Sequence record: OR352946.1
From: Escherichia phage AV116
Length of the DNA: 64,000 nucleotides
Reading direction: 5' to 3' (one strand)
In this document: one piece after another, positions 22,472-32,782 of the stretch
Position numbering within the stretch: position 1 is the first letter of the stretch
How the letters are laid out: every line of letters starts with the position of its first letter
Notes under the pieces: generated by a model
What the model was told of the DNA's origin: nothing
Databases searched by the model: none
What the model saw: the letters and a program-made list of their open reading frames with translations, nothing else
Position numbers and translations under genes: made by a program

Positions 22472-24240
22472 AACCTGAAGAAATGAAATCCATGCGTAGA
22501 AATAAGGTCATTGCCGATAATAAACCACAAAAAGTAGCTGCAACAGCAGCTACCGATTCATTAGAAGCATTGAATGATATTTCATCAAAACTAGACGATG
22601 TCCAAGCTGCGTCTGAACTCACATCACAAAGTGTAGAAGATAAAGGCAATGGAATTATTGAATCAATTGGAGACTTAAAGAATTCGACAGATAATACTGC
22701 TGAAGGCACAGAGCTTATCGCAGAAGTTATTGAAAAACAAACTGAAGTCACTAAAAGTATAAACGAAGTTTCTAGTGCAATAAGCTCTAAGTTAGACCGA
22801 TTAGCTACATTATTAGAGCAAAAATTACAAACATCTACCGCTATTCAAAATACAGGAGGCACCTCTCTTGAAGTAATTGAGAACGCGATACCTGTTAAAG
22901 TGGTTGAGAATGAAACTTCTGATGAGTTGTTTAAAGCATTCCCTACACCTGAAAAGATTGATAATAAGCCAGACGAAGATTTCTTCCCAACGCCGGTTCA
23001 AGAAAGTGCTAATTCTACTTCCGATTCTAAAGGCGGGATTAGCTTTAAATTGAGCGATAAAATTGCAATGCTCACCAAAACAGTTCAAGCCGGGTTTAAT
23101 AAATCAATATCAATTTCAGACAGAATTGCTGGAATGCTTTTCAAATACACTATAACGGCTGCTATTGAAGCAGCAAAAATGGCCGCACTTATTCTTGGTA
23201 TTGTTATCGGTATTGATTTATTGATAGTCCATTTCAAATATTGGACAGACAAGTTCACTTCTGCCTGGGATTTATTTGATGAAAACTTTACTAAATTCTC
23301 CGATGAAGCTAAAGAGTGGGGTAAATTCTTAAGTGATATATTCACTTCTATTGACTCTATAAAACAATTGTGGGAAGCTGGAGACTGGGGTGGTTTAACC
23401 GTTGCTATTGTCAAAGGTGTAGGAACAGCATTAATGAACTTAGGTGAACTAATTCAATTAGGAATGGCTAAACTCTCTGCGTCTATATTGCGTGCTATAG
23501 GTTTTGGCGATACCGCGGACGAAATAGAAGGACGTGCTTTGGAAGGATTCCAAGAAACTACTGGGAACAAATTAAAGAAAGAAGACCAAGAGAAAGTCGC
23601 TAAATATCAAATGAAACGTGACGATGGGGAATTAGGAACCGTTTCTAAAGGTCTTGATATGTTACAACGCGGCAAAACATTCGTTACTAACTGGGTTCGT
23701 GGTAATGACAATAAAGAAGAGTTTAGTACAAGCGATGAGCGTGCTGCGGAATCAGCAAAATTAAAAGAGTTACCTGAAGAGGAACGTAAAGAGGCATACA
23801 TAAAAGCGAATGAAACTCGTGCGGCACTGGTTAGATTTGAGGATTATATCGATAAAATCGATATGACTAATCCGGAAAATGCTAAAAACGTCGAGAAGTC
23901 TTATGCTGATTTAAGTAAACTTATTAAAGACCCTGAACTTAATAAAACTCCTGTTGTTAAAAAGGAATTAGATGCTAGATTTGAAAAGCTAAATAATAAA
24001 ATGGCTGAAGCCAAAAAGGCTCAGACAACAGTTAAGCCTGAATCTTCGTCTAAATCTCCGGAAGCAAAACAAGTTCAGTCAATAGAGAAAGGACGTGCTT
24101 CTGAATCTAAACAACAGCAACCGGTAGCGGCGATTAGTAACACAAATAATGTCGTCAAAAAGAATACCGTAGTCCAGAATATGACCCCTGTAACAAGTAC
24201 AACGGCTCCTGGAATTTTCCATGCCACCGGTGTTAATTAA
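22468..24240 (+). CDS. 29: tail tape measure / baseplate hub protein gp29
   Basis: 590 aa, helical charged protein, T4 gp29 length. Confidence 0.85.
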   Translation: MKPEEMKSMRRNKVIADNKPQKVAATAATDSLEALNDISSKLDDVQAASELTSQSVEDKGNGIIESIGDLKNSTDNTAEGTELIAEVIEKQTEVTKSINEVSSAISSKLDRLATLLEQKLQTSTAIQNTGGTSLEVIENAIPVKVVENETSDELFKAFPTPEKIDNKPDEDFFPTPVQESANSTSDSKGGISFKLSDKIAMLTKTVQAGFNKSISISDRIAGMLFKYTITAAIEAAKMAALILGIVIGIDLLIVHFKYWTDKFTSAWDLFDENFTKFSDEAKEWGKFLSDIFTSIDSIKQLWEAGDWGGLTVAIVKGVGTALMNLGELIQLGMAKLSASILRAIGFGDTADEIEGRALEGFQETTGNKLKKEDQEKVAKYQMKRDDGELGTVSKGLDMLQRGKTFVTNWVRGNDNKEEFSTSDERAAESAKLKELPEEERKEAYIKANETRAALVRFEDYIDKIDMTNPENAKNVEKSYADLSKLIKDPELNKTPVVKKELDARFEKLNNKMAEAKKAQTTVKPESSSKSPEAKQVQSIEKGRASESKQQQPVAAISNTNNVVKKNTVVQNMTPVTSTTAPGIFHATGVN

Positions 24241-24248
24241 GGATTATT

Positions 24249-25358
24249 ATGATTAGTGTAAAAGAAATAGTAGTAGATGCAAAGGATTTAAATAAAGCAA
24301 TCCCAGTCTCAGAAAGTGCCGGGCAAAGCACTAAAACCGAAACAACTACTAAAACTTATGTTGCTCAATTTCCTACAGGAAGAGCAGCCGGAAATGACTC
24401 CACAGGAGACTTCCAGGTAACAGACCTTTATAAGAATGGATTATTATTTACCGCGTACAATATGTCTGCACGCGATTCAGGATCCCTCAGGAATTTACGT
24501 CCGGCATATGCCGGGACTTCATCTAATGGTATCATATCAGATTTAACTGATAATGTGAAAGATGCAGTGACTAAATTCTCTAATGGGTTGCTTCCTGCCG
24601 GAGCTAATAAATCTACTATAAATAAAACTCCTGTTGCTAATATCCTTTTGCCGCGTTCCAAATCTGACGTTGATACAACTTCACATCGTTTTAATGATAT
24701 TGGTGATAGCCTTATTACTAAAGGTGGAGGTACTGCTACGGGCGTTTTAAGTAACATTGCTTCTACCGCAGTTTTTGGTGCATTAGATTCTATTACTCAA
24801 GGGCTTATGGCTGATAATAACGAACAGATTTATACGACTTCTCGTAGTATGTATGGTGGTGCTGAGAACCGTACTAAAGTCTTTACATGGGATTTAACTC
24901 CACGTTCAACTGAAGACCTTATGGCTATTATAAACATTTACCAGTATTTTAACTATTTCTCATATGGTGAGACCGGTAAATCACAGTACGCCCAAGAGAT
25001 TAAAAGTTATTTAGACGAATGGTACCGTTCAACGTTTATTGAGCCTATGACACCAGACGATGCTGTAAAAAATAAGACATTGTTTGAAAAGATTACTGCG
25101 TCATTAACAAACGTATTAGTTGTAAGCAACCCTACGATTTGGATGGTTAAAAACTTTGGACACACATCTAAATTTGACGGGTTAACTGATGTATTTGGCC
25201 CATGTCAAATTCAAAGCGTACGTTTTGATAAAACTCCAAATGGACAATTTAATGGTCTCGCTGTTGCTCCTAACTTACCGTCAACATTTACGTTAGAGAT
25301 AACAATGCGAGAAATTATTACATTAAACCGTTCTTCACTTTATGCGGGGACTTTCTAA
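24249..25358 (+). CDS. 48: baseplate tail tube cap gp48
   Basis: 369 aa, position after gene 29. Confidence 0.85.
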   Translation: MISVKEIVVDAKDLNKAIPVSESAGQSTKTETTTKTYVAQFPTGRAAGNDSTGDFQVTDLYKNGLLFTAYNMSARDSGSLRNLRPAYAGTSSNGIISDLTDNVKDAVTKFSNGLLPAGANKSTINKTPVANILLPRSKSDVDTTSHRFNDIGDSLITKGGGTATGVLSNIASTAVFGALDSITQGLMADNNEQIYTTSRSMYGGAENRTKVFTWDLTPRSTEDLMAIINIYQYFNYFSYGETGKSQYAQEIKSYLDEWYRSTFIEPMTPDDAVKNKTLFEKITASLTNVLVVSNPTIWMVKNFGHTSKFDGLTDVFGPCQIQSVRFDKTPNGQFNGLAVAPNLPSTFTLEITMREIITLNRSSLYAGTF

Positions 25359-26320
25359 TGTACTCTTTAGAAGAATTTAATAACCAAGCTATAAATGCAG
25401 ATTTCCAACGAAACAATATGTTTAGTTGTGTATTTGCTACTACGCCATCGACCAAATCGTCTTCACTAATTTCGTCAATTGGTAGTTTTGCTTATAATAA
25501 CTTAGGGTTGGATTCAGATTGGCTAGGATTGACTCAAGGTGATATCAATCAGGGCGTAACAACCCTGATTACAGCAGGAACACAGAAATTAATTCGAAAA
25601 TCAGGTATAAGTAAATATCTGATTGGAGCAATGAGTCAACGTACGGTACAAAGCTTGTTAGGTGAGTTCACAGTAGGAGCTTATCTGATAGACTTCTTCA
25701 ATATGGCATATAATAATACAGGTTTAATGATTTATTCTGTAAAAATGCCTGAGAACCGATTATCTTATGAAACGGATTTCAACTATAACTCACCGAACAT
25801 CCGAATTACCGGCCGTGAAATGGACCCGTTAGTAATAAGCTTTAGAATGGATTCTGAAGCATCTAACTTTAGAGCAATGCAAGACTGGGTAAACTCAGTC
25901 CAAGACCCTGTAACAGGTCTTCGCGCTTTACCACAAGACGTCGAAGCAGATATTCAGGTTAATTTACATGCACGAAATGGTTTACCACATACCGCCGTCA
26001 TGTTCACCGGATGTATTCCTGTTAGTGTCTCTTCTCCTGAGTTAACGTATGATGGTGATAACCAAATAACAGTTTTTGACGTAACATTTGCTTATCGCGT
26101 TATGCAATCAGGTGCTGTAAATAGACAGGCTGCTTTAGAATGGTTGGAATCAGGACTTATTAGTAGTGTTTCAGGAATGTTTGGAAATAATCAGAATGAT
26201 TCTGGTCTAGGAAGCGCAGTATCAAGACTTTCTAGATTAGGTGGGACTGCTGGCGGCGTGTCTAATATAAACACATTGACAGGTGTGGTGAATTCGACGT
26301 CAAGAGTTTTAGGACTATAA
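25358..26320 (+). CDS. 54: baseplate tail tube initiator gp54
   Basis: 320 aa, position after gene 48. Confidence 0.85.
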   Translation: MYSLEEFNNQAINADFQRNNMFSCVFATTPSTKSSSLISSIGSFAYNNLGLDSDWLGLTQGDINQGVTTLITAGTQKLIRKSGISKYLIGAMSQRTVQSLLGEFTVGAYLIDFFNMAYNNTGLMIYSVKMPENRLSYETDFNYNSPNIRITGREMDPLVISFRMDSEASNFRAMQDWVNSVQDPVTGLRALPQDVEADIQVNLHARNGLPHTAVMFTGCIPVSVSSPELTYDGDNQITVFDVTFAYRVMQSGAVNRQAALEWLESGLISSVSGMFGNNQNDSGLGSAVSRLSRLGGTAGGVSNINTLTGVVNSTSRVLGL

Positions 26321-26321
26321 G

Positions 26322-26349
26322 AAAAAAGGGAGACAACGTCTCCCTTTAT
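26322..26349. terminator. bidirectional terminator after gene 54
   Basis: AAAAAA-GGGAGAC-AACG-GTCTCCC-TTTATGGG between convergent genes. Confidence 0.7.
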
Positions 26350-26353
26350 GGGT

Positions 26354-26647
26354 TTATTTACGGAATGAAAGGAATGCTGGTGCTCGGAATGGAGTATCAT
26401 CTTTAGAGTATTTAACTAATACGACCATTGGTACCTCTGTTTCTAAATGACCTGTCAATACACCGATAAAAATTTGATCAGTGTGCTCAGGGTCACGAAA
26501 GTTTTTAAGAGGTTCCATAGCAATATGGAATGCACCTGGGAATACTCGATTCAATTCGTCAATCACAGCTTCGTTAAAAACATCATCCGCTGGGATAACA
26601 TCTTCAACTACTAGTTCTTGACCATTAAAGCGAAGCATAGATTTCAT
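26354..26647 (-). CDS. hypothetical protein (97 aa, alt-downstream ORF)
   Basis: ATG at 26647 (MKSMLRFNG...) with GAGGA SD; track start at 26719 is a TTG inside the promoter. Confidence 0.5.
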   Translation of the reverse strand: MKSMLRFNGQELVVEDVIPADDVFNEAVIDELNRVFPGAFHIAMEPLKNFRDPEHTDQIFIGVLTGHLETEVPMVVLVKYSKDDTPFRAPAFLSFRK

Positions 26648-26676
26648 AACGTTTTCCTCATGTTGTTGATTGGATG

Positions 26677-26706
26677 ATAGTATCACACATCCATGTGCTT
26701 GTAAAC
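26677..26706 (-). promoter_or_regulatory. early promoter GTTTAC-N18-TACTAT
   Basis: -35 overlaps the alt stop codon; drives the 97-aa ORF. Confidence 0.5.
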
Positions 26707-28793
26707 TATCCTTGAACAAATTTAAACGGAACCGATTCTAAATCCATTAAAGATGCTAACAGTTTCAATCCTTTAGGAGCACTAGTTTTTTCTACAAATG
26801 AGGAGAACGATACCGGCTCATCTGATTCGATTTCACCCATCATAGCAACCACCTCGCCTGTTTCCATGAGAACATCACCATCGTAAATGACAGCTTCGTC
26901 CAACTGGTCTGAGGACATGACTTCAGCTTGAATAAATTTAAGGTTGGATTCTAAACCTGCACCAGTGTCAGATGACGCATCTGTAATTTTATTTATCTGC
27001 AAGAGAATGCCTCTAGGCAAAATAATTTCTTGCTCATTAGGGTGATTACTCAACTGTCCTGGATAAATCACGTTAACTTTATGAGCGCCATCAATAGCCC
27101 ATCCAACGTTAACACGGATTTGTTCTGGTGCATGCATAGCTGTTCTTACTTGACTAGGAGAAATAGTAACACCTTCGTCATTATTGTCAATGTTAAGCTC
27201 TTTGCGAACTTCTTCAGGAGCAAGTCCAAGGGCAACGTTCTCTTTAAACCCACCGAAAATAATAGGAGCTAGTGAAGTGGAAACATAGTTTCTGAAGTAG
27301 AATACCTTATTTTTAACCATTGCTTCGTAAATAGGCATTCTGATAGACTGAGCTCTATATAACGTTAGTCCTTCAGGTAAACGGTCTCCATTTAAAAACG
27401 CCGAATCAAGACCATCAATAGCGCGTTTAACTTCATCTTCATCCGCAACATCGTAAAAATCTGGTTTATAACGACCTAACAACATATTATTGATATCGGT
27501 ATACGCAGAAGAGGCATATTCACGAATAGCTCGTTTTTCAGCAACAGAGTATTGTTTAGGGTCACGATTCATTGTTATATTAAAGGTGCCTCTAGCCGAT
27601 TCTCGTGCATAAGTATACATCACATTAGACAAGAACGCTGATTTACGTTGTTTCCAAGTTTTTTCAGATACTTCAGCTAAAACGTCGTCAGCCAGTTGGA
27701 AATTATCTCGTCTAAAATCTTCAAACCATTCGTCTCTAATAGAGTCTGCAATTTCATTTGCAGCTTCAACAAAAGCAGCTAATGCTTTAACAGATGTTGT
27801 TTTTTCGGTTTTAATTTTCTTAGCAAACTTTTCTAAAGTTGGCTTAATAACACTACCATAAGAAACTTCATCAGCAAATCTAAAGGATTCATCAATACGA
27901 TTATAAATCTTATTTTCGATATCAGCAACTAAAGTGCCTTTTGCTGTGGACGATGCTTGGGCTAGTACGATTTCATATGCTTCAGGAAGTAATTCGGCCG
28001 TAGCCGGGCCACTAACTTCTTTAGCAGAATTTTCGTATTTCTGGAATAACTCACCTTCTTGACGGTCAGCTTCTAAAGATTGACTTGCTGCAATAGCACG
28101 ACGAGAAATTTTAGTGCGAGCAATAACAGGCTTATCTTTACGTTTTTCTTCTACCGCGGCAATAGAACCAGCGATAGCCGTTTCTTTGGTGACCTTTTCA
28201 CCGGTCTTTTTACTCACATAAACTTCGCCAACATCAGAATCTACTTTCGTGTACAACTCTGTGTTAATGTTAGGGATGCCTTTAATATCTTCAATGTTGG
28301 CATTTTTACGAACCATCATCACATAGGTGTGTTTACCTGTGAATTGATACATTGCCGACAATACTTTAAAACGACCACCAGTTTTAGTAGAAACTAAACG
28401 AGCAAGAAGAGTTTGAAGTTGTTGTCCACGTCCTTTCAATTTCTTGGTAGGGAATCGGAACAGAACTGCATCCATACGAAGAGCTTTAACCTGTTCATAT
28501 ACTGTATTGAAAATAGTGTTGATTGCATCAATAGGAGCAGGACCAAGGCCATTTTTCAATTCAGCGAGATTACCCTTTTCAGACAGACTCATAATAACAA
28601 CATGAGCATATTTGTCGCCAAGTTTAACTTGTTTTACAGCATCGCCTTCAGAAAGGTAAGAGAATAAGCGAACTACGATGTTTGTATCGATATCACCAAT
28701 TTTCCAGACTTGTGGAACTTTAGCTTTAGGGTTCAAATTGACGACAGGAAGACTGCCTTCAGATTCAAACACTTCATTTAATTGTTCAGACAT
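26706..28793 (-). CDS. alt: Alt ADP-ribosyltransferase (virion-packaged)
   Basis: 695 aa ORF in the T4 alt position between gene 54 and ligase; size near T4 Alt. Confidence 0.85.
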   Translation of the reverse strand: MSEQLNEVFESEGSLPVVNLNPKAKVPQVWKIGDIDTNIVVRLFSYLSEGDAVKQVKLGDKYAHVVIMSLSEKGNLAELKNGLGPAPIDAINTIFNTVYEQVKALRMDAVLFRFPTKKLKGRGQQLQTLLARLVSTKTGGRFKVLSAMYQFTGKHTYVMMVRKNANIEDIKGIPNINTELYTKVDSDVGEVYVSKKTGEKVTKETAIAGSIAAVEEKRKDKPVIARTKISRRAIAASQSLEADRQEGELFQKYENSAKEVSGPATAELLPEAYEIVLAQASSTAKGTLVADIENKIYNRIDESFRFADEVSYGSVIKPTLEKFAKKIKTEKTTSVKALAAFVEAANEIADSIRDEWFEDFRRDNFQLADDVLAEVSEKTWKQRKSAFLSNVMYTYARESARGTFNITMNRDPKQYSVAEKRAIREYASSAYTDINNMLLGRYKPDFYDVADEDEVKRAIDGLDSAFLNGDRLPEGLTLYRAQSIRMPIYEAMVKNKVFYFRNYVSTSLAPIIFGGFKENVALGLAPEEVRKELNIDNNDEGVTISPSQVRTAMHAPEQIRVNVGWAIDGAHKVNVIYPGQLSNHPNEQEIILPRGILLQINKITDASSDTGAGLESNLKFIQAEVMSSDQLDEAVIYDGDVLMETGEVVAMMGEIESDEPVSFSSFVEKTSAPKGLKLLASLMDLESVPFKFVQG

Positions 28794-28825
28794 AGTGTTT
28801 TCCTTTTAGTAATAATTTATATTTA

Positions 28826-28849
28826 TGCCAAAAAGAGCCCGAAGGCTCT
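28826..28849 (-). terminator. terminator-like hairpin upstream of alt
   Basis: minus-strand AGAGCC-TTCG-GGCTCT followed by TTTTT; a TATAAATT late-promoter-like motif and AAGGAA SD follow before the alt ATG. Confidence 0.55.
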
Positions 28850-29037
28850 TAATCCACAATCGGAAGCAAAGTACGATAAACTTCAAAATTAGAGCCTTTT
28901 TCGTACTTATCGAAATTGTCCATAAAAATATGATAGGAATCGTTATTAGGAAAATCTAATATAATCTGAGAGCAAGAGGTGGAAACATCTCCACCATCCT
29001 TCTTAGCTACAATAACTGTTTCTAAATAAGCTTTCAT
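28849..29037 (-). CDS. small hypothetical protein (62 aa)
   Basis: ATG at 29037 overlaps the ligase stop (TAATG); the track extends it into ligase. Confidence 0.45.
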   Translation of the reverse strand: MKAYLETVIVAKKDGGDVSTSCSQIILDFPNNDSYHIFMDNFDKYEKGSNFEVYRTLLPIVD

Positions 29038-30530
29038 TATAAACCTGTCTGGGACCACGGTCCAAATACGTCTTCAAACGAATCCGCTTCTGTTTTATCA
29101 AAACGGAACCCTTTAATAATTGGGAGGAAAATACCTACAGTGCCTTCACGTCCTTTAGAATGAACCCAACCATTGCATTCACAATCAGCAATACGTCCAA
29201 TCAATTTACCTTCACGAGCTTCGGTCATTAATCGTTCACGGTCCAAATCATGTCGCTCATCTAAAGGAATAAGAACCTTTACACCATCAACTGTTTTATG
29301 AGTTGTATCTTTAAACCCTGAACCACAATCGGTTGTAATACGACGACAACGTGATACGAGTTCGACACCACCTAATTTGTTAGGGTCTTTAGAGTGTTCA
29401 TAGTATCCTACAACTTCTAAAGCGATATCAATAACTTCTTTAAATTTAATTAGGTTCTTAGAACGTTTGTTTTCCCAATATGAATCACGGTTTTTAAGGA
29501 TAATACCTTCAAGTCCTTGGTCAACATATTTTTTATAAACCACTTTAGCTTCGTCAAGATTACGAACTAACTGATTTTCAATTGGCTCAATTCGCTTAAA
29601 GCCTTCAGCCATATTTTCAAGAGCAGCAAAACGAACATCGTATTTCTGACCTTTAATTTTACCACCAGAATAGACTTCATCTAAAGGAACATAGTCCCAG
29701 GCTTGAAGAACCATACCTTCAGCTTCTTTAGGAGAAATAGTCCCTTGAAGAGATTTATTTGCTAAACCATTTGAAGTGCTACGGTCTGCAACCTGTACTT
29801 CTTCGGATTCTTCATTATCATCAAATAAGAACGACAGGTCATTTCCTGAGCTCACAGCCTTTTTAATATCAAATGAATGATAAACTAATTCACCGTCGAT
29901 TAAAACCCCATTAGGGTGTCTTTCACGAGCTTCTTTAGTCATTTCCATTAATTCATCTGCTAATAGGGTAAGACCATGATATTCGTTGCCGGCACGAGAA
30001 AAGAATTGAACACCATCATCGCGAACTTCAGCGAAACAACGAGCACCATCGGCTTTTAATTGAGCAAATGCAGGCCATTTAATATTTTTAGTAATCAATT
30101 TCTCATCATATGCAGATGCTAACATCTGTGGTTGCAATTGAATAAGTCCGGGCCACACCTTATTCGCGATAGACACTGAAGCACCTACTTCAAGGTCGCG
30201 CATCATTACACGACGAAGGACTTCTACATCATCAGGTTTACCGTCAGCGATATAACCCATGAGCTCTTTAATTGCAGCATTACCAGTGAGTTTACGAGTG
30301 GCTAATGTGAACTCAATAAAATCCAACATGTCATCTAATTCAAGAAGACCATATGCTTGGGACCTTTCACCTGGTCCTGGCCATTTCTTAATATAATACT
30401 GAATGCCACGTGCATACGTTAAACGATATACACGTTCAAGTAATTTGTTGTCCTTATTTTTCTTAAGGATTTCTTGTTTTGTTTTAGTAGAACCGATCGC
30501 AGCTATTTGGTTTAAAATATCTAAAATCAT
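29037..30530 (-). CDS. 30: ATP-dependent DNA ligase gp30
   Basis: 497 aa; adenylation motif KADGAR; T4 DNA ligase-like. Confidence 0.95.
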   Translation of the reverse strand: MILDILNQIAAIGSTKTKQEILKKNKDNKLLERVYRLTYARGIQYYIKKWPGPGERSQAYGLLELDDMLDFIEFTLATRKLTGNAAIKELMGYIADGKPDDVEVLRRVMMRDLEVGASVSIANKVWPGLIQLQPQMLASAYDEKLITKNIKWPAFAQLKADGARCFAEVRDDGVQFFSRAGNEYHGLTLLADELMEMTKEARERHPNGVLIDGELVYHSFDIKKAVSSGNDLSFLFDDNEESEEVQVADRSTSNGLANKSLQGTISPKEAEGMVLQAWDYVPLDEVYSGGKIKGQKYDVRFAALENMAEGFKRIEPIENQLVRNLDEAKVVYKKYVDQGLEGIILKNRDSYWENKRSKNLIKFKEVIDIALEVVGYYEHSKDPNKLGGVELVSRCRRITTDCGSGFKDTTHKTVDGVKVLIPLDERHDLDRERLMTEAREGKLIGRIADCECNGWVHSKGREGTVGIFLPIIKGFRFDKTEADSFEDVFGPWSQTGL

Positions 30531-30796
30531 TTGATGTCCTCGATTTTGGTTACGGTTCTATTATAAGCAACTTCATCTAGAAGCGATTTCAGCGTTTTCT
30601 GATAAGTGGTAATCCATTTACCGAGCCCTTCAACATAGTATTCTGAAATGTAGATGAACCCTTGTTCAACACACTCTTTAAATATTTCTGCGTCTTTTAC
30701 TGAACGAAACAATGGCCAGTCTCGAAAGAACATGTTAACGTGACCGTAGTCACGCGTTGTGTTTTTGCCATCTGTAATATCATGAACTACAAACAT
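30527..30796 (-). CDS. hypothetical protein (30.1 position)
   Basis: 89 aa, ATGA overlap with ligase start. Confidence 0.55.
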   Translation of the reverse strand: MFVVHDITDGKNTTRDYGHVNMFFRDWPLFRSVKDAEIFKECVEQGFIYISEYYVEGLGKWITTYQKTLKSLLDEVAYNRTVTKIEDIK

Positions 30797-30805
30797 AATT
30801 ATCCC

Positions 30806-31621
30806 TTAACAATTTATAGACCAAGTCCATTTAGACGAATCTAAAGGAAAGTTTTGAATCGTCCACCATGGCTGCATATTGGTTGGTCCTGGGGTTCGCC
30901 AGGTATACGGATTCGACGGACCGCCAATTTGATTAGGCCATGCACCTGGACTTGTTGCACCAGATTCTTTAAGCAAATCCGCCAATCGTTTTAAAAGGTC
31001 TTCACGATCTGAATCTGAATTATGCTCGGGTGGAACCAAACGAGATTCAATATCATCCCACGTGTGTACACGTTGTGCAGTGCGAGGAATATCATCACGT
31101 TCACCACGAGCCAACCAATAAATCGGTACATTAAGAATTTCTGCCGCATGGTCACAATGATGAGCTAAATCGTCAACGTAACAAATCACGTTATATTTTG
31201 TTTTAGCTAGTTCAAATAATTGTTCCTTTGACGAATCATGACCACACATCATTACTTCAGAAAAAGCGCCTGGGAACAAAGCATTCAAATTAAATTGTCT
31301 ATTCAATCGAGCATCAATTGAATCACCTAGCGCCGTCACGGCTACAAAATTATAGTCTTCTTTTAGTTTATTGATAACTCGAAGAGCATCCGAATAAGGC
31401 GCTAAGTAACGAATAAAATCAGAGCGATTATATTTTTCTATTAATTGTTTACCAAGGTTATCGTCGGTATTGAATAGTTTACCAGGAGAAATAAATTTTT
31501 CGTCCTGGATCATTTTTAAAATATGTTCTAATGGAAGATTATATTTTTGGGCAAAATAAGGAAGTCCAGATTGCCAGCTTAAACATACACCATCAATATC
31601 AGTCAAAATAGTAGGCTTCAT
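30806..31621 (-). CDS. HAD-like hydrolase (30.2 position) with Pro/Trp-rich C-terminal tail
   Basis: 271 aa; N-terminal DIDGV (HAD motif I) and later VDDLAHH; last about 60 aa unusually P/W/G-rich. Confidence 0.65.
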   Translation of the reverse strand: MKPTILTDIDGVCLSWQSGLPYFAQKYNLPLEHILKMIQDEKFISPGKLFNTDDNLGKQLIEKYNRSDFIRYLAPYSDALRVINKLKEDYNFVAVTALGDSIDARLNRQFNLNALFPGAFSEVMMCGHDSSKEQLFELAKTKYNVICYVDDLAHHCDHAAEILNVPIYWLARGERDDIPRTAQRVHTWDDIESRLVPPEHNSDSDREDLLKRLADLLKESGATSPGAWPNQIGGPSNPYTWRTPGPTNMQPWWTIQNFPLDSSKWTWSINC

Positions 31622-32085
31622 AAAGAGTCTCTTAATAGGTTTAACACATCAATAAATTCAGCTTCGGTTAGTATTGTATCATCTTTTGTTAGACCACTAG
31701 CCATGCTGTGCTTCAAAATTTTTCCTTTAGAGGCTTGTAAGGCATCACGAAACCCCTTGTTTTGGATCGCTGCTTCAAAATATGCATTTGTATATAATTC
31801 TTTCCACGCTTCAGAGTATCTTGAAAATGGAACTCCTAACCAGAAGAGAGTCCCATGGTCCTGAGCTCTTGCATAAGACCTTCCAGCTTGCTGTGCAGCC
31901 AGTCCTGACAGCCCAAATATACGTTTTTGTTGTTCAACATTTCTCACCTTACATCCTTGGAGAAATCCTTCAAGACCTCCGAATTGAATATCGTCCATAA
32001 CGAAAGGCCACCGGGCAAAATTACTTAATGCACATGACGGCCACTTAAAATTGCTTCTTATTTCTAATTCAGACATCTTTAACAC
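31618..32085 (-). CDS. NADAR/YbiA-like (DUF1768-type) protein
   Basis: 155 aa; LSNFARWPF resembles the FSNFAAWP motif of E. coli YbiA as I recall it, with similar spacing of later W/K/L positions; by-eye comparison only. Confidence 0.55.
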   Translation of the reverse strand: MLKMSELEIRSNFKWPSCALSNFARWPFVMDDIQFGGLEGFLQGCKVRNVEQQKRIFGLSGLAAQQAGRSYARAQDHGTLFWLGVPFSRYSEAWKELYTNAYFEAAIQNKGFRDALQASKGKILKHSMASGLTKDDTILTEAEFIDVLNLLRDSL

Positions 32086-32287
32086 TTATAATTTCAATAT
32101 CAGCCCAATGACCGTATCCAGGTATACGGTCTTCGATAGATAAATTTCCGTCATTTTTAGGCATTTTAATTGACGTAACGTATGGTTCTAGACGGTTTTC
32201 TGCATAATACGGAAAAACGTCTGTTACACGATAAGTAACTTCGATCATTTCTGTACCCAACAATTTCTGAATTAATTTCTTTAACAT
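32069..32287 (-). CDS. hypothetical protein (72 aa)
   Basis: ORF in 30.x block, tight spacing. Confidence 0.5.
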   Translation of the reverse strand: MLKKLIQKLLGTEMIEVTYRVTDVFPYYAENRLEPYVTSIKMPKNDGNLSIEDRIPGYGHWADIEIISVKDV

Positions 32288-32288
32288 A

Positions 32289-32483
32289 TTATCCTCGCTT
32301 TAAACATTTGATTACAGACAGTTCACCACCCATGCGAACGTCTTCAGTTCCATCGACCCATAGGACGGTGTAGGCTTCTTTAATAGTAGCATTACCTAAT
32401 TTAAAAGCAGGTAAAACCTTTGAAATCATACCAGGAATACCTATACCTTTTAACTGGACAGTTTGTGATAAGAATAGATGCAT
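32289..32483 (-). CDS. hypothetical protein (64 aa)
   Basis: ORF in 30.x block. Confidence 0.5.
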   Translation of the reverse strand: MHLFLSQTVQLKGIGIPGMISKVLPAFKLGNATIKEAYTVLWVDGTEDVRMGGELSVIKCLKRG

Positions 32484-32770
32484 TAGAACCTCATCTGAAA
32501 TCCGTGTGATTTAACATTACCGCCATAAATGTCAGAGGTATTGACTTCACGTGCGGCGCTAGGGTCGATGTTAATATCATGGTTGAGCTTAGTGATTGCT
32601 AAGGTGTCACGACCGTTAACAGTACGGAATTCTACCGGGCACACATCATCAGCATAAGCCTTAATGGATTCATGAGTAGGTTGTTTGTCGACAGGAACGT
32701 CTTTACCTGCTTTAGAGAAAACAACTTCACAGAAATTTTTACGGGTATCAAAATAAGTGGTCATAAACAT
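32483..32770 (-). CDS. hypothetical protein (95 aa)
   Basis: ATG with GAGGAAA SD directly after a hairpin. Confidence 0.55.
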   Translation of the reverse strand: MFMTTYFDTRKNFCEVVFSKAGKDVPVDKQPTHESIKAYADDVCPVEFRTVNGRDTLAITKLNHDINIDPSAAREVNTSDIYGGNVKSHGFQMRF

Positions 32771-32782
32771 AATATTTTCCTC

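Noticed and set aside
26706-28793. Alt as a novel toxin or defence gene
   Set aside because: It corresponds in size and position to the known T4 virion ADP-ribosyltransferase Alt; not novel in itself
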